Shown here piece after piece: positions 12,501 to 23,871 of a stretch of DNA of 64,000 nt; the first letter of the stretch is position 1, and each line of letters begins with the position of its first letter. The notes under the pieces were generated by a model that saw only the letters and a program-made list of their open reading frames with translations, had not been told where the DNA came from and did no database searches. The stretch covers positions 182,838,001-182,902,000 of the forward strand of contig JBNRSN020000009.1 of the NCBI GenBank assembly GCA_051313645.2, in the 5' to 3' direction. A program made the translations under genes and the position numbers. The DNA comes from Centroscyllium fabricii. Lineage: Eukaryota.

Positions 12501-13060
12501 TGGAGAGCTTGGGAAGCAGAGATTGCAGAGTTTGAAGCTGAAGAACTGCAGTCTGACCAACACATAGCAGAACCTGAAAGGCTGACGGACACCGAATGGC
12601 GAGGAATGAGTATCTGCCAGTGTGGAGAAGGAAGCAACTCAGTCGGGGAGCTGGCTGGGGAAGGATAGAAACAACTCCATTGCAGAAAGAAACAACGCCG
12701 TCGCAGGAAAAACTAAATTTTGAAGAGACTGTTAAAATGTTGGTGGAGACTGAACGCGTAACGAACAATATTGTTATTCTATGTTAAATGTTATTGTAAA
12801 TATGTTTACTTTTCTCTGTACAAATTATTTACTTGTTATCTTAAGAGGGGAGGGATGTTGTGTATGTATAGGCAGCCCCTGTGAACCAATAACAAGGCTG
12901 CACTATTTCTTTGGGGTGTATGAATACTGTAATACACCTTCTGACCACTGAGTATAAATAATGCTGTATCACGATCTAGTTTCAGTTGCCATCTGGACTT
13001 CAGCTTGGAAACACCCTTTATTGTGTTGCCCTGTGTCCTTCTTAAACTGCATACTTAACA

Positions 13061-13380
13061 ACAGGGAGAGTGGGGGGAGAATAAGATGGGAAAAGTGAGG
13101 GGGGGAAGAGTTGGGGGAGAAGTTGGGCAAGAGTGAGGGGAGAGTGGGGGAGAGTGGAAAGTGGGGGAGAGGGGAAAGTGGGGGAGAGGGGAGAGTGGGG
13201 GGAAGAGTTGGTTGAGAGTAAGATGGGGAAAGTGAGGGGAGAAGAGTTGGGGAGAGTGAGACGGGGGGAGAGTGGGGGGGTAGAGTTGGGGAAGAGTAAG
13301 ATGGGGAGAGTGGGACGGGGAGAGTGGGACAGGAGAGGGGCGGGAGATTGGGGGTGGCGGGTGGATGTGGAAGGAAATGG
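13061..13380 (+). repeat. Purine-rich low-complexity tract, right half
   Basis: GGGAGAGTGGG / GGGGAAGAGTTG degenerate tandem repeats. Confidence 0.8.
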
Positions 13381-14145
13381 AAAAAAAAGGTGGCTGGGGA
13401 GACTTACTAACCTCAGATCGGACAAAACAGAAGTGAAGCACATTGGAGATACAGTTCAGCTTGGGAGTCCCACAAAGAAGCTTCACCATACTCAATGAGG
13501 ATCTGCATTGGATTATAGGGTGAGAGGCCTGACAATGTCAATTTTACTCCAATATCTTTTTAGTTGTTTTTGTAAATGGTTCATGTTACAAATAATGAAA
13601 TACTTGTTTTCATGAGATTCCGAGGCTATCAAACTATCCAGATTCAATTACAATGTTTAAAAGCACAGTGTGGTGATTGGCTGATCACGCCTTGTTTGAA
13701 CTCAATTGAGAACAGTCAGGGTTGACTGAAGATACTCTCATGATACACTTAACGTATGACCGGTGACAGATTTCTTCTCCAATTTGAGCTAGGCAATGAT
13801 TTTTGAACCAGAAAAATAAGCTTGTTGCTCAAACAGTATCAGAAATTGGGGTTGAATAGCACTAATATACTTCATCTATATTCTACTGGGGAATAGAGGA
13901 TAGGAGTCTGAATTAAGGACAATTTATTCCCACTCCTACTTCAGATTGAATAGTTCAGTAAATGCAAACTTTGTGAGGAGAGAAGCTCTTTGGTTCGTCT
14001 TCAGTCTCCTTCGATTGCCAACTTCTCACCAGAGGACAGGCTGTTAGTTTATTAAAATTGCATGAAACTAGTTTTTCTACACAGGTGCTGGTATTGCAAT
14101 AATGAAGTTCACATTTTTCGAAACAACTAATAGCTTCAAGATTAC

Positions 14146-14320
14146 ATAGAAACATAGAAACTAGGAGCAGGAGTAGGCCATTCGGCCCTTCGAGCCTGCT
14201 CCGCCATTCAATGAGATAATGGCTGATCATCCAAACCCAGTACCCTGTCCCTGCCTTGTCCCCATATCCCTCGATCCCTATTGAGCCTGCACCGACACAT
14301 ATCCCACCCTATCCCCGTAT
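14146..14320 (-). mobile_element. V-SINE 3' portion
   Basis: Reverse complement of the 1760-1940 SINE tail. Confidence 0.8.
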
Positions 14321-14866
14321 CGTATGTACTCGTGTATCGTAACTTTTGGCAAATTATTGTTGTAGCTTTGATCTTAGTCAACAAGTGACCGCAAACTAGA
14401 CATGTTTCTGTTAACTATATTAAAACCAAAGGCAGCTTCTGCCATCAGAGTAACCAAAATTTGCGATTACACGAATGTACCCTCGCGGAAAGGAATTTGA
14501 GAGCCAATTTCTACTAAGTGGGGAGAAACCACAGCCGCGCCTTTGGCGGAAAAATTGGCGATTCAACTTCTTTCACTGCAACATACATCGGTAAAGCAAA
14601 AGATGAGGTTTTGGGACAGGACGGTACCTTGCCTTAAGCCCATGAAGATGGTGAAGTATCTTGTGTCTGACTTAAACAATAACAAAGAAACAGATGGTGC
14701 CACTATAATTGCCAATGCTAATCCAAATATTGGCTGGTCTCTGCCAAACTTTTAATTTCGTAGGCGTATCAGTGACGGGAGAATATTGTCCCGGAATTTG
14801 CGGTGGGTGTTCGCCGTCATTAACCCTCCGAAACTGGCCGCAACTTCAGGATGCAGCGCATGTGCA

Positions 14867-15253
14867 CCACGGCAGCTGGTGGAATTTAAATTCAATTCAA
14901 TTTAATTCTGGAATTAAAAATGTTAGTTTTAGTAATGGCGACCATGATACCATTGTCGATTGTTGCAAAAACCCATTTGGTTCACTAATGTCCTTTAGGG
15001 AAGGAAATCTGCCATCCTTACCTGGTCTGGGGTACATGTGACTCCAGACCCACAGCAATGTGGTTCACTCTCAATGCCCTCGGAAATGGCCCAGCAAGCC
15101 ACTCAGTTGTAAACAACCGCTACGAGAAACAATAAGACTGCAGCGGTTCAAGAAGGCGGCTCACCACCATCTTTTCAAGGGCAATTAGGGATGGGCACTA
15201 AATGCAGGCCTAGCCAGCCAGCGACACCCACATCCCATCAATGGATAAAAAAA
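14867..15253 (+). mobile_element. 5'-truncated SINE sharing its 3' tail with the LINE at 15450-17202
   Basis: Its last ~115 nt (GACTGCAGCGGTTCAAGAAGGCGGCTCACCACC...CACATCCC...A-tail) match the LINE 3' end; the central part is non-coding. Confidence 0.7.
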
Positions 15254-15254
15254 T

Positions 15255-17579
15255 TATTGCAAGGGGGATGGAGTATAAAAGCAGGGAAGTCTTGCTGCAG
15301 TTACACAGGGTACTGTTGAGGCCACACCTGGAATATTGCGTACAGTTTTGGTTTCCATATTTAAGAAAAGATATACTTGCACTCTAGGCAGTTCAGAGAT
15401 GGTTCACTTGGTTGATTCCAGAGATGAGGGGGTTGACTTATGAGGAAAGTTTTTTTTTAATCCACTGATGGGATGTGGGCGTCGCTGGCTGGCTAGGCCT
15501 GCATTTAGTGCCCATCCCTAATTACCCTTGAGAAGATGGTGGTGAGCCGCCTTCTTGAACCGCTGCAGTCCATATGGTGTAGGTACACCCACAATGTTGT
15601 TAGGAAGGGAGTTCCAGGATTTTGGCCCAGCGACAGTGAAGGAGCAGCAATACAGGTCCAAGTCAGGATGGTGTGTGGCTTGGAGGGGAACTTGTAGGTG
15701 GTGATGTTCCCATGCGTCTGCTGCCCTTGTCCTTCTAAGTGGTAGAGGTCGCGGGTTTGAAGGTGCTGTTGAAGGAGCTTTGGCGAGTTGCTGCAGTACA
15801 TCTTGTAGATGGTACACACTGCAGCCACAGTGCGCCGGTGGTGGAGGGAGTGAATGTTGAAGGTGGTGGATGGAGTGCCAATCAAGTGGTCTGCTTTATC
15901 CTGAATGATGTTGAGCTTCTTGAGTGTTGTTGGAGCTGCACTCATCCAGGCAAGTGGAGAGTATTCCATCACACTCCTGACTTGTGCCTTGTAGATGGTG
16001 GAAAGGCTTTGGGGAGTCAGGAGGTGAGACACTCGCCGCAGAATTCCCAGCCTCTGGCCTGCTCTTGTAGCCACAGTATTTATATGGCTGGTCCAGTTCA
16101 GTTTCCGATCAATGGTAACCCCCAGGATGTTGATAATGGGGGATTCAGCGATGATAATGCCATTGAATGTCAAGTGGAGATGGTAGACTCTCGCTTGTTG
16201 TAGATGGTCATTGCCTGCCACTTGTGTGGTGCGAATGTTACTTGCCACTTGTCAGCTCAAGTCTGAATGTTGTCCAGGTCTTGCTGCTTATGGACACAGA
16301 CTGCGCCAGTATCTGACGAGTCTCAAATTTTGCTGAACCGTGTGCAATCATCAGCGAACATCCCCACTTCTGACCTTATGATGGAGGGAAGATCATTGAT
16401 GAAACAGCTGAAGATGGTTGGGTCTAGGACACTACCCTGAGGAACTCCTGCAGTGATGTCCTGTGGTTGAGATGAATGACCTCCAACAACCACAGCCAGC
16501 TTCCTTTGTGCTAGGTATGATTCCAACCAATGGCGAGTTTTCCCCTTGATTCCCATTGACTTCAGCTTTGCCAGGGCCCCTTGATGCCACACTCGATCAA
16601 ATGCTGCCTTGATGTCAAGGGCAGTCACTCTCACCTCACCTCTTGAGTTCAGCTCTTTTGTCCATGTTTAGACCAAGGCTGTAATGAGGTCAGGAGCTGA
16701 ATGGCCCTGGTGGAACCTAAACTGGGCGTCAGTTAGCAGGTTATTGCTGAGTAAGTGCCGCTTGATAGAACTGTCGACGACACCTTCCATCACTTTGCTG
16801 ATGATTGAGAGTAGACTGATGGGACTGTAATTGGCCGGGTCGGATTTGTCCTGCTTTTTGTAGACAGAACATACTTGGGCAATTTTCCACATTGCTGGGT
16901 AGATGCCAGTGTTGTAGCTGTACTGGAACAGCTTGGCTAGGGGCGCAGCTAGTTCTGGAGCACAAGTCTTCAGTACTATTGCCGGAATGTTGTCAGGGCC
17001 CATAGCCTTTGCAGTATCCAGTGTCTTCAGCCGTTTCTTGACATCACATGGAGTGAATTGAATGGGCTGAAGACTGGCATTTGTGATGCTGTGGACCTCA
17101 GGAGGAGGCCGAGATGGATCATCCAATCGGCATTTCTGGCTGAAGATAGTTGCAAATGCTTCAGCCTTGTCTTTTGCACTCACGTGCTGGGCTCCACCAT
17201 CATTGAGTAGGTTGGGCCTCTACTCATTGGAATTCAGAAGAATGAGAGGCGATTTTATCGAATCATATGAGATTGTGACGGGGCTTGATCGGGTGGATGC
17301 GGTGAGGATGTTTCCACTGATGGGTGAGACTAGAACTAGTGGGTATAATCTTAGAATAAAGGGCTGGCCTTTCAAAACTGTGGAAGCTGCGACATTAAAT
17401 AAATTTAAAACGGAGATAGACAGTTTCCTAGCTGATAAGGGAATAAGGGGTTACGGTGAGTGGGCAGGGAAGTGGACGTGAGTCTAAGTTCGGATCAGCA
17501 TTGATCCTATTGAATGACGGAGCAGGGCCGAGGGGCCGTATGGCCGACTCCTGCTCCTACTTCTTATGTTCCTATGTTC
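15255..17579 (+). mobile_element. CR1 LINE 3' fragment split by an antisense LINE
   Basis: ...ACTTATGAGGAAAG (15449) rejoins TTGAGTAGGTTGGGCCTCTAC (17203), giving TYEERLSRLGLYSLEFRR; CR1 tail ends TTCCTATGTTCT. Confidence 0.85.
15450..17202 (-). mobile_element. 5'-truncated LINE (CR1/L2 group) with disrupted RT domain
   Basis: ALDIKAAFDRVWH, GVPQGSVL, MFADD RT motifs over several frames; A-rich tail at 15450-15458. Confidence 0.9.
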
Positions 17580-18739
17580 TTAAACGCGGAAATCCTGAAG
17601 TTGCGGTCAGTCATTCACTACCCGACACTGGCTGTGCTGTGGACCTCCCATAGCCAGCAATCAGTGAAATCAGTAAAATCAATGAAACTGACGAAAACTT
17701 GGCCATTTCCACTTGGCCATTTCCACACTAAAATCACTCTTAAATACTCCATTAAATGTTAAACCTTGTTTGAATAGGTGTAACTGGTATTTTAACCATG
17801 TATTGACTGCTAAACAGACATTATGGCCATGAAAAACTATTTTTTATATTTGTGGAGTGTCAAATTTCTCCATTGTGATAAAAATTACCATTTTTAAAAA
17901 ACTTTGAAAAAATGTTTGTTTAGGTTTGTTCATGATATTTCAGCTTCCACCTTATCCCCATGTGAGTGTCCCAATCTTTACTTCACTCTCTGTAACATCT
18001 TTAAAAAGTCCGGATAAAAGCAGCTTCTCATTTCCTGGTTTCCTGTCTGTGAGAATACTGCAATGTGATTGGCTGCTTAGACAGCTTGCCGATGTCACAG
18101 CAACATCGCCCCAGGAATTCCCATTACAGAGCACTGAAATCACTTGAACATCGAAAAAGCCAAACTTCTCGCCACAGAGATTGCGGGATCTCTGCGGGCA
18201 GCTTTGCTTTGTCACTGACTGCAAATTACGGGCCATTATGTTAGCTGGCTCCAGTTAATCACTGTCCTATCACAGAGCGAACAAGTCATATGCAGCCATT
18301 GTAGAAGTGTGCCTAAGCAGAGCATGACTAATTTCTGCTGTTGTTATTAACAGTGCCAATCTGCCTGTAGGGTACTGGTGACTTCATCACCCAGTTTAGG
18401 TAAAAGGAAAACAACGTTTCACAGAGGGTTCTCAACACTGATCTGAAACCTATCACACTGCACCTGAAAACATAACCGTACATGCTTGGGAAGTATCAAT
18501 CATTTAGAATTTGGACTTAAAGGCAACATCCTACCCCAAGAGCATGACAACAGAGAGGGAAGAAATTAATTTTCAAAAATCCAAAGCATTCAAAAGATAT
18601 GGGGCCAACATTTGCGATCGGAGGCTTCCAGCAGGCAGACGCCTCTGACCTGCAAAATGTCTATGAAAGTACCCGGTGGCCTGGGAAGAATGGCAGCTTG
18701 CAATCCTGGGCCTCTCCGGGTCCGCGCGGGCAGAGCCCC

Positions 18740-19460
18740 CCAAGAAAACTAAGGAGATCATAGTGGACTTCCGGAGGACTGGAAGCAGAAGACACACCCC
18801 CATCTTCATCCAAGGGGCTGAGGTGGAAAGGGTGTCCAGCTTCAAGTTCCTCGGGGTCCACATCTCGGAAGATCTCTCCTGGTCACTAAACACCTCCTCT
18901 CTGGTTAAGAAGGCCCAACAGCGCCTGTACTTCCTAAGGAAGCTGAAGAAAGCCAGGCTGTCATCCGGCATTCTCTCCAACTTCTACCGCTGCACAATAG
19001 AAAGCATACTGACAAGCTGCATCACAGTCTGGTATGGAAATTGCACTATCTCGGACCGGAAAACCCTGCAGCGGGTAGTCAAAACTGCCCAACGAATCAC
19101 CGGTACCCAGCTACCGTCAATGGAAAGCATCTACCTCAAATGCTGCTTACGGAGGTCTCTGAACATTATTAAAGACCCCACACACCCCAGCCACAGTCTG
19201 TTCACCCACCTGCCCTCCGGGAGATGCTACAGATCAATTCGCACCCGCACGTCTAGATTTCAGAACAGCTTCTTCCCCAGGGCTGTCAGCCTCCTGAACT
19301 CTAAAAAATAAACTCCGGTACCTGCACGCCTGATAATGTACTTTACTGTATTCAATTTGCATGTAATTTATTTGCACTACTCTCGGGACCGTCGAGTCTT
19401 CGTCTCGTTGTATTGTACTAGTACTCTGCAATGACAATAAAACTTGAATTGAATTGAATC
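18740..19460 (+). mobile_element. Rex1/Babar-clade LINE 3' fragment
   Basis: Open ORF KTKEIIVDFRR...FKFLGVHIS...KKAQQRLYFLRKL...FYRCTIESILT...NSFFPRAV; AATAAA followed by a (TTGAA)n tail. Confidence 0.88.
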
Positions 19461-19937
19461 TCAGGGGCGCTGGCTCTACGTGGGATCACGTGGGCCGGCC
19501 CAACCAATAAAAGAAGGGAACCCCCATTCATACGTTTGACAGGTCCATACGTACAGAATTGTCAAAGGTATGAATGGGGATTACTTAAAAAATACACCAA
19601 CACATGAATATCTGTATATATATTTTAATTACATATCTTAAAATACTATTTAATTAAATATTTTAAACAAAAATTTAATTTTTTGGAAAAAGAGTATTTT
19701 TAATTTATAAAAAGTGATAACATTTTATTTTTCTATTTTTTAAAACTCTTATGCTGGTGAAAGCAGGCATTTCACTGCTTTTACCGGGCGTAAGAATTTG
19801 ACAGGCATTCAGCAGGCGGAAGTTGGGCAAATAGCGCAACTCTCCGCCCGCGGAGTCCCTTGTCCTGGGGATGCGGAGGATCTATCAACAAGATTTTTGA
19901 CAGGTCACAAGTGCTGGGTTTCAGCGCATGCGCTTCG

Positions 19938-20332
19938 CATAGAAACATAGAAGATAGGAGCAGGAGTCGGCCATTCGGCCCTTCGAGCCTGCTCCGCCAT
20001 TCAATGAGATCATGGCTGATCATCCAAACCCAGCACCCCGCCCCTGCCCTCTCCCCATATCCCTCGATCCCTATCGAGCGTGCACCGACACATATCCCAC
20101 CCTATTCCCGTAACCCCACACATTCAATCCCCCTAACACTAAGGGTCAATTTATCCTGTCCAATCAACCTAACCCGCACATCTTTGGACTGTGGGAGGAA
20201 ACCGGAGCACCCGGAGGAAACCCACGCAGACACGGGGAGAATGTGCAAACTCCACACAGATAGTACCCGAGGCTGGATTTGAACCCGGGTCTCCAGAGCT
20301 CTGAAACAACAGTGCTAACCGCTATGCCACCG
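19938..20332 (-). mobile_element. Full-length V-SINE
   Basis: Same head, V-domain and tail as 970-1940, in reverse orientation. Confidence 0.9.
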
Positions 20333-21012
20333 GGCATGCCTAAACCCGGAACTTGCGCAGCCCCTCCGGGCGCGTACACACGTGGGGTTCGCAAAATACA
20401 GGCCATCATTAGTGAATGGATAGATTTATGCACATTTTAAAAAATATATACGCTATAACCGAAATAAGTTTCATTATGATTTATGGGGTGCATTATATGG
20501 AAATGCAAAGAAAATTGGGCCAAATTTTCCACAGATGGATGTGGCAGATCCTCCATCCCTCCTGCTTTGTGCCAATGATTTTGTTATGAAGAGTTGCAAT
20601 CTGTCGAGGTTTCAGGCCCGCAGAGCGTCTGTACCTACCAGCAAAGCAATTTTTCACATTTAGAATATTTAATGGGGTAGTCTTTATCCCTTGTGTCCAA
20701 TTGTTTTCCTGATATATGGGCACTTGACTGTATGTATGAAGTTCAAGCCTTGGGGAAGTCAGACCTAAACTAAATGGAATGGAAGCGAAATTTTGTTCTT
20801 GATAAAAATGAATTGTAGCAATCAGTCTCTCATCAATGGCAGGGGAAAAAAAGCTCACTCACTGACCTTGTTGGGACATTAAGCTGAAATTCAATTTTTT
20901 TTTGCACTTAGGAAATCAAGGAGTATTTTTAACTTTTTCTAGACCTACTCCATCTTGAGTCCATCTAGACAATGGCTGGAATTGCAGCCAAAGTGTGAAT
21001 AGAATATTAATA

Positions 21013-21779
21013 GGCCCAGAAATTCCGGTCGCCCCGGGTGAGTACGCGCTGGGTACTCACCCGTAGGCCCATATGAAGTGCCGGTTTCGTGCATGCACAG
21101 CACATGCATGCAAAACCGGCACTTCCGATCACCTGACAGAAGGGGTCAGGGGTCAGAGTGTGTGCGCGTGTGCGGCAGCGCGTGCGCAATGGACTTCCGA
21201 TTTTTTTTACAGGTCTGTATGGGGGTAAATATGGAGAAAGATACGGTTCCTATTTTCATGCGCAAAGACCCCTTTTCAGAAGGTAAGTGGTGAATTAATT
21301 CGATTAAAAGAAAAAAAAAATTCCACGGGTTTTTTATTTTTAAATATTTTAAAGAAAGATAAGTTGATTTTTAGCCCTGTTAAAAACTTTAATTATTTTT
21401 TCAAAATATTTAATTTTTGTTTAAAAAGCTAATTTATGTAATTGATAGTTATTTTAAAAAATGTGATGTTTTTTAAAAATTAATTTTAAGATTTACTAAG
21501 TTTTTGGGGTTGTAGTATCCATAAGTTTGACAGGTCTTCCTGTCAAACTTATGAATGGAGCATTCTGTGCTCCGATTTGTTCTCCGTGGCCCACGTGATC
21601 CCGCGCGATATCTCGCACTAACTGCGCTGCTCGAATCCGGGAGCGCGGCGCGCCAGCATTTCAGGAAGGCCCCGCATCGGTATTCCATGCGGGGGCCACA
21701 GCTGAATGGCCGGCGTGCTAGGTAAGTGTGGGTTGGAGGCTTATACTCGCGGGAAGCCTCCGACCCGAAATTCTGGCCC
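21013..21779. mobile_element. Harbinger-like MITE
   Basis: Imperfect 19-bp TIRs GGCCCAGAAATTCCGGTCG / CGACCCGAAATTCTGGCCC; AT-rich centre. Confidence 0.75.
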
Positions 21780-23871
21780 AATAAGTTTGAGAATGAGCAT
21801 TGTGTGCAGACTGTGAACTGACACACAGCTCGAATGACCATACATCCCCATTTTCCAGGGACAGCCCCCGGATGAGGTACTGTGTCCTCGGGCAAACACT
21901 GTCCCTAGAAGAGTCCCTGATTCATGAAACTCGTCCCCGAATAGACTAGAGTCATAGTCATTAGAATATATGCATATCATTATATTTGACATAATCACAG
22001 TTTCAGGTCAATAGACTGAACAGTGTTATGTATTATTTATAAACGGTGTCTGAACGTGCTTCAACATCACATACTTATACACACATTTGTTTTGCATTTA
22101 TAGTGTATATGTGCAACTGTTAAAAATACAGGCTGCCAAAAAAACCTTGCCTCTCTACGTTGCGTAACCTACATTTTCCGTCCTGGCTACTTTGCTGCGT
22201 TCCCACACCTGAGTACTGAAACTTCCGTGGTGGAATAGAAATGGCTTGTTTTGATGTTTTGCCCAAAATAAACGTTGATCGTTATCCAATTAAGCCTCCT
22301 TTGTTTCAGCTGGCCTACTGGCTGGCCCTTCATACATATTCAATACTCTCATCTGGAGCATGTACTTTTGAAGTAACAGACTGCGTCTGGCCCCTGTTGC
22401 TGGGGAGAAAATGACCAGCTTCCAGCTGCGGTCATGTGACCCCAGACTCCATTTTGTCCACTTCAAAAATGTGTCCATTTTCTGTAACTTTGCTTCACAA
22501 GGGCTGGGAAAGCAGGACATTTTGCGAATCTTACACCTTAGCCTTGGCACATGTTTATGTCTTGAATCTATGAAAATAAATGCTTTAAAATGTAAACTCA
22601 AGAGTAGGGATTTCACTCTATCTGATTATGACAGGAAGAGGGAAGCCAGTTTGTGAACATTAGCAATGTTGAAATGAATTTGAGGATGTCTTCCATGAAT
22701 ATGTATTTGACTTAAATCAGTTTCATTCAGTTCAAACGCTTGGCTCTAGGTCTCCGGGAGATACTGCAATTAAGTTTCACATTTCTACAAGAGTGTATAA
22801 AAAATGTCTTTCATAAAATCTCTTGCTCTGTTCCGTATTCCAAAAGGATATCAGATGCACATACTAATTGACATCCTTCTGTAATATTGAGTGAATCAAT
22901 TTCAACGAGTGGTCAAGTTGTTCATCAAGAACCGCTTTAATAATTAGTCTCAATCCTAAAGCAACCTGTTCAGGACCACTAAATCAGCACAAGAGCTTTA
23001 CTCCAGAGTTCATGCATCTGTCTCTTCCCTTCCACCAGGACTATACTGCTTTCCCCTCCCCGACCGTGTTTCCTTTTCTCATTTCACTGGTTTTACATTA
23101 CTTTGGCTGTCAAGTGAGGTACTGGCTGAAGAAAACAATGAATTAAAGCGTAATCACGCAAATTGCTCAGAAGTGCTCCTGTTTCTTGATTTATTTTGAG
23201 TTTAGCTCTCTTCAGCTAATCCTTGCACTGCGACCAAAGCCAGTGGAAACTAAACTGCAGCCTCGGAAAGTGACTCAGCATGAGAACAGCGGTTGCGATG
23301 GTAGCAGTCATGTTTTCCTCCATCTATCAGTCCTGATGGCCACTTGCAGAATGAAGGTAGCAATTTTCAGAGTTGACAGGAAGTACAGCAGATTCAAAAG
23401 TGCAAGTAGATGCCTGTCTAAATAGCTTGGCACAGTTGCCTTTGAGTCAGAAGGAGGTGATTCCAAATCCCACCTAGGACTTAGGCCCATTAAACTACAT
23501 GATACTTCAATAAACTATTTAGGGAGTGTGGTAACCCTATTATGTAATTGTTACCACTGTATTATTGTGCCAATAATGGGCTGTGCAGATGTAAGGCACA
23601 GCCCTGTAACCTGTGTAATACTGTTGGGCATAGCCCTGTAACCTGTGTAATACTGTTGGGAGCCAGGTCAGCCACACCTCTAACTCCTCCCCCAGGTGAG
23701 GCCCTTTATAGGTGGAAACTGACCGAGGCTCCTCATTCCTGTACAGAAGTTCGTTCCGGAGGGTAGCTCCAAACTTAGCGATTAAAAGCCTTTAGTTACG
23801 GTAACTACTCGTCGACTCATTTAATCGGAGATATTGACGATACGTCAATTTTAATCGCTAAGTATTTTAAA

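Larger units (their letters stand above)
5418..13060 (+). mobile_element. Non-autonomous Ty3/Gypsy (Mag-like) LTR retrotransposon 'A', containing nested element B
   Basis: About 205-bp LTRs TGTTG...TAACA at 5418-5622 and 12856-13060; PBS TGGCGACGAG at 5624; PPT AAGAGGGGAGGGA at 12843-12855; gag with two CCHC knuckles and protease LDTGSS; no RT/RH/IN core of its own. Confidence 0.9.
14788..18234. mobile_element. Harbinger-like MITE carrying nested retroelements
   Basis: TIRs GTCCCGGAATTTGCGGT / ACTGCAAATTACGGGCC with ATT on both sides; MITE body at 14788-14866 and 17580-18234. Confidence 0.7.
18601..20404. mobile_element. Harbinger-like MITE carrying Rex1 and V-SINE insertions
   Basis: Ends GGGGCCAACATTTGCG / CGCAAAATACAGGCC; AT-rich core like other MITEs in the window. 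Confidence 0.55.

Noticed and set aside
13042-13498. Pro/Ser-rich and Gly/Glu-rich ORFs
   Set aside because: They are translations of a low-complexity purine tract.
18740-19460. Rex1 fragment as evidence of horizontal transfer from teleosts
   Set aside because: Cannot be judged without a phylogeny; the clade is widespread in aquatic animals.
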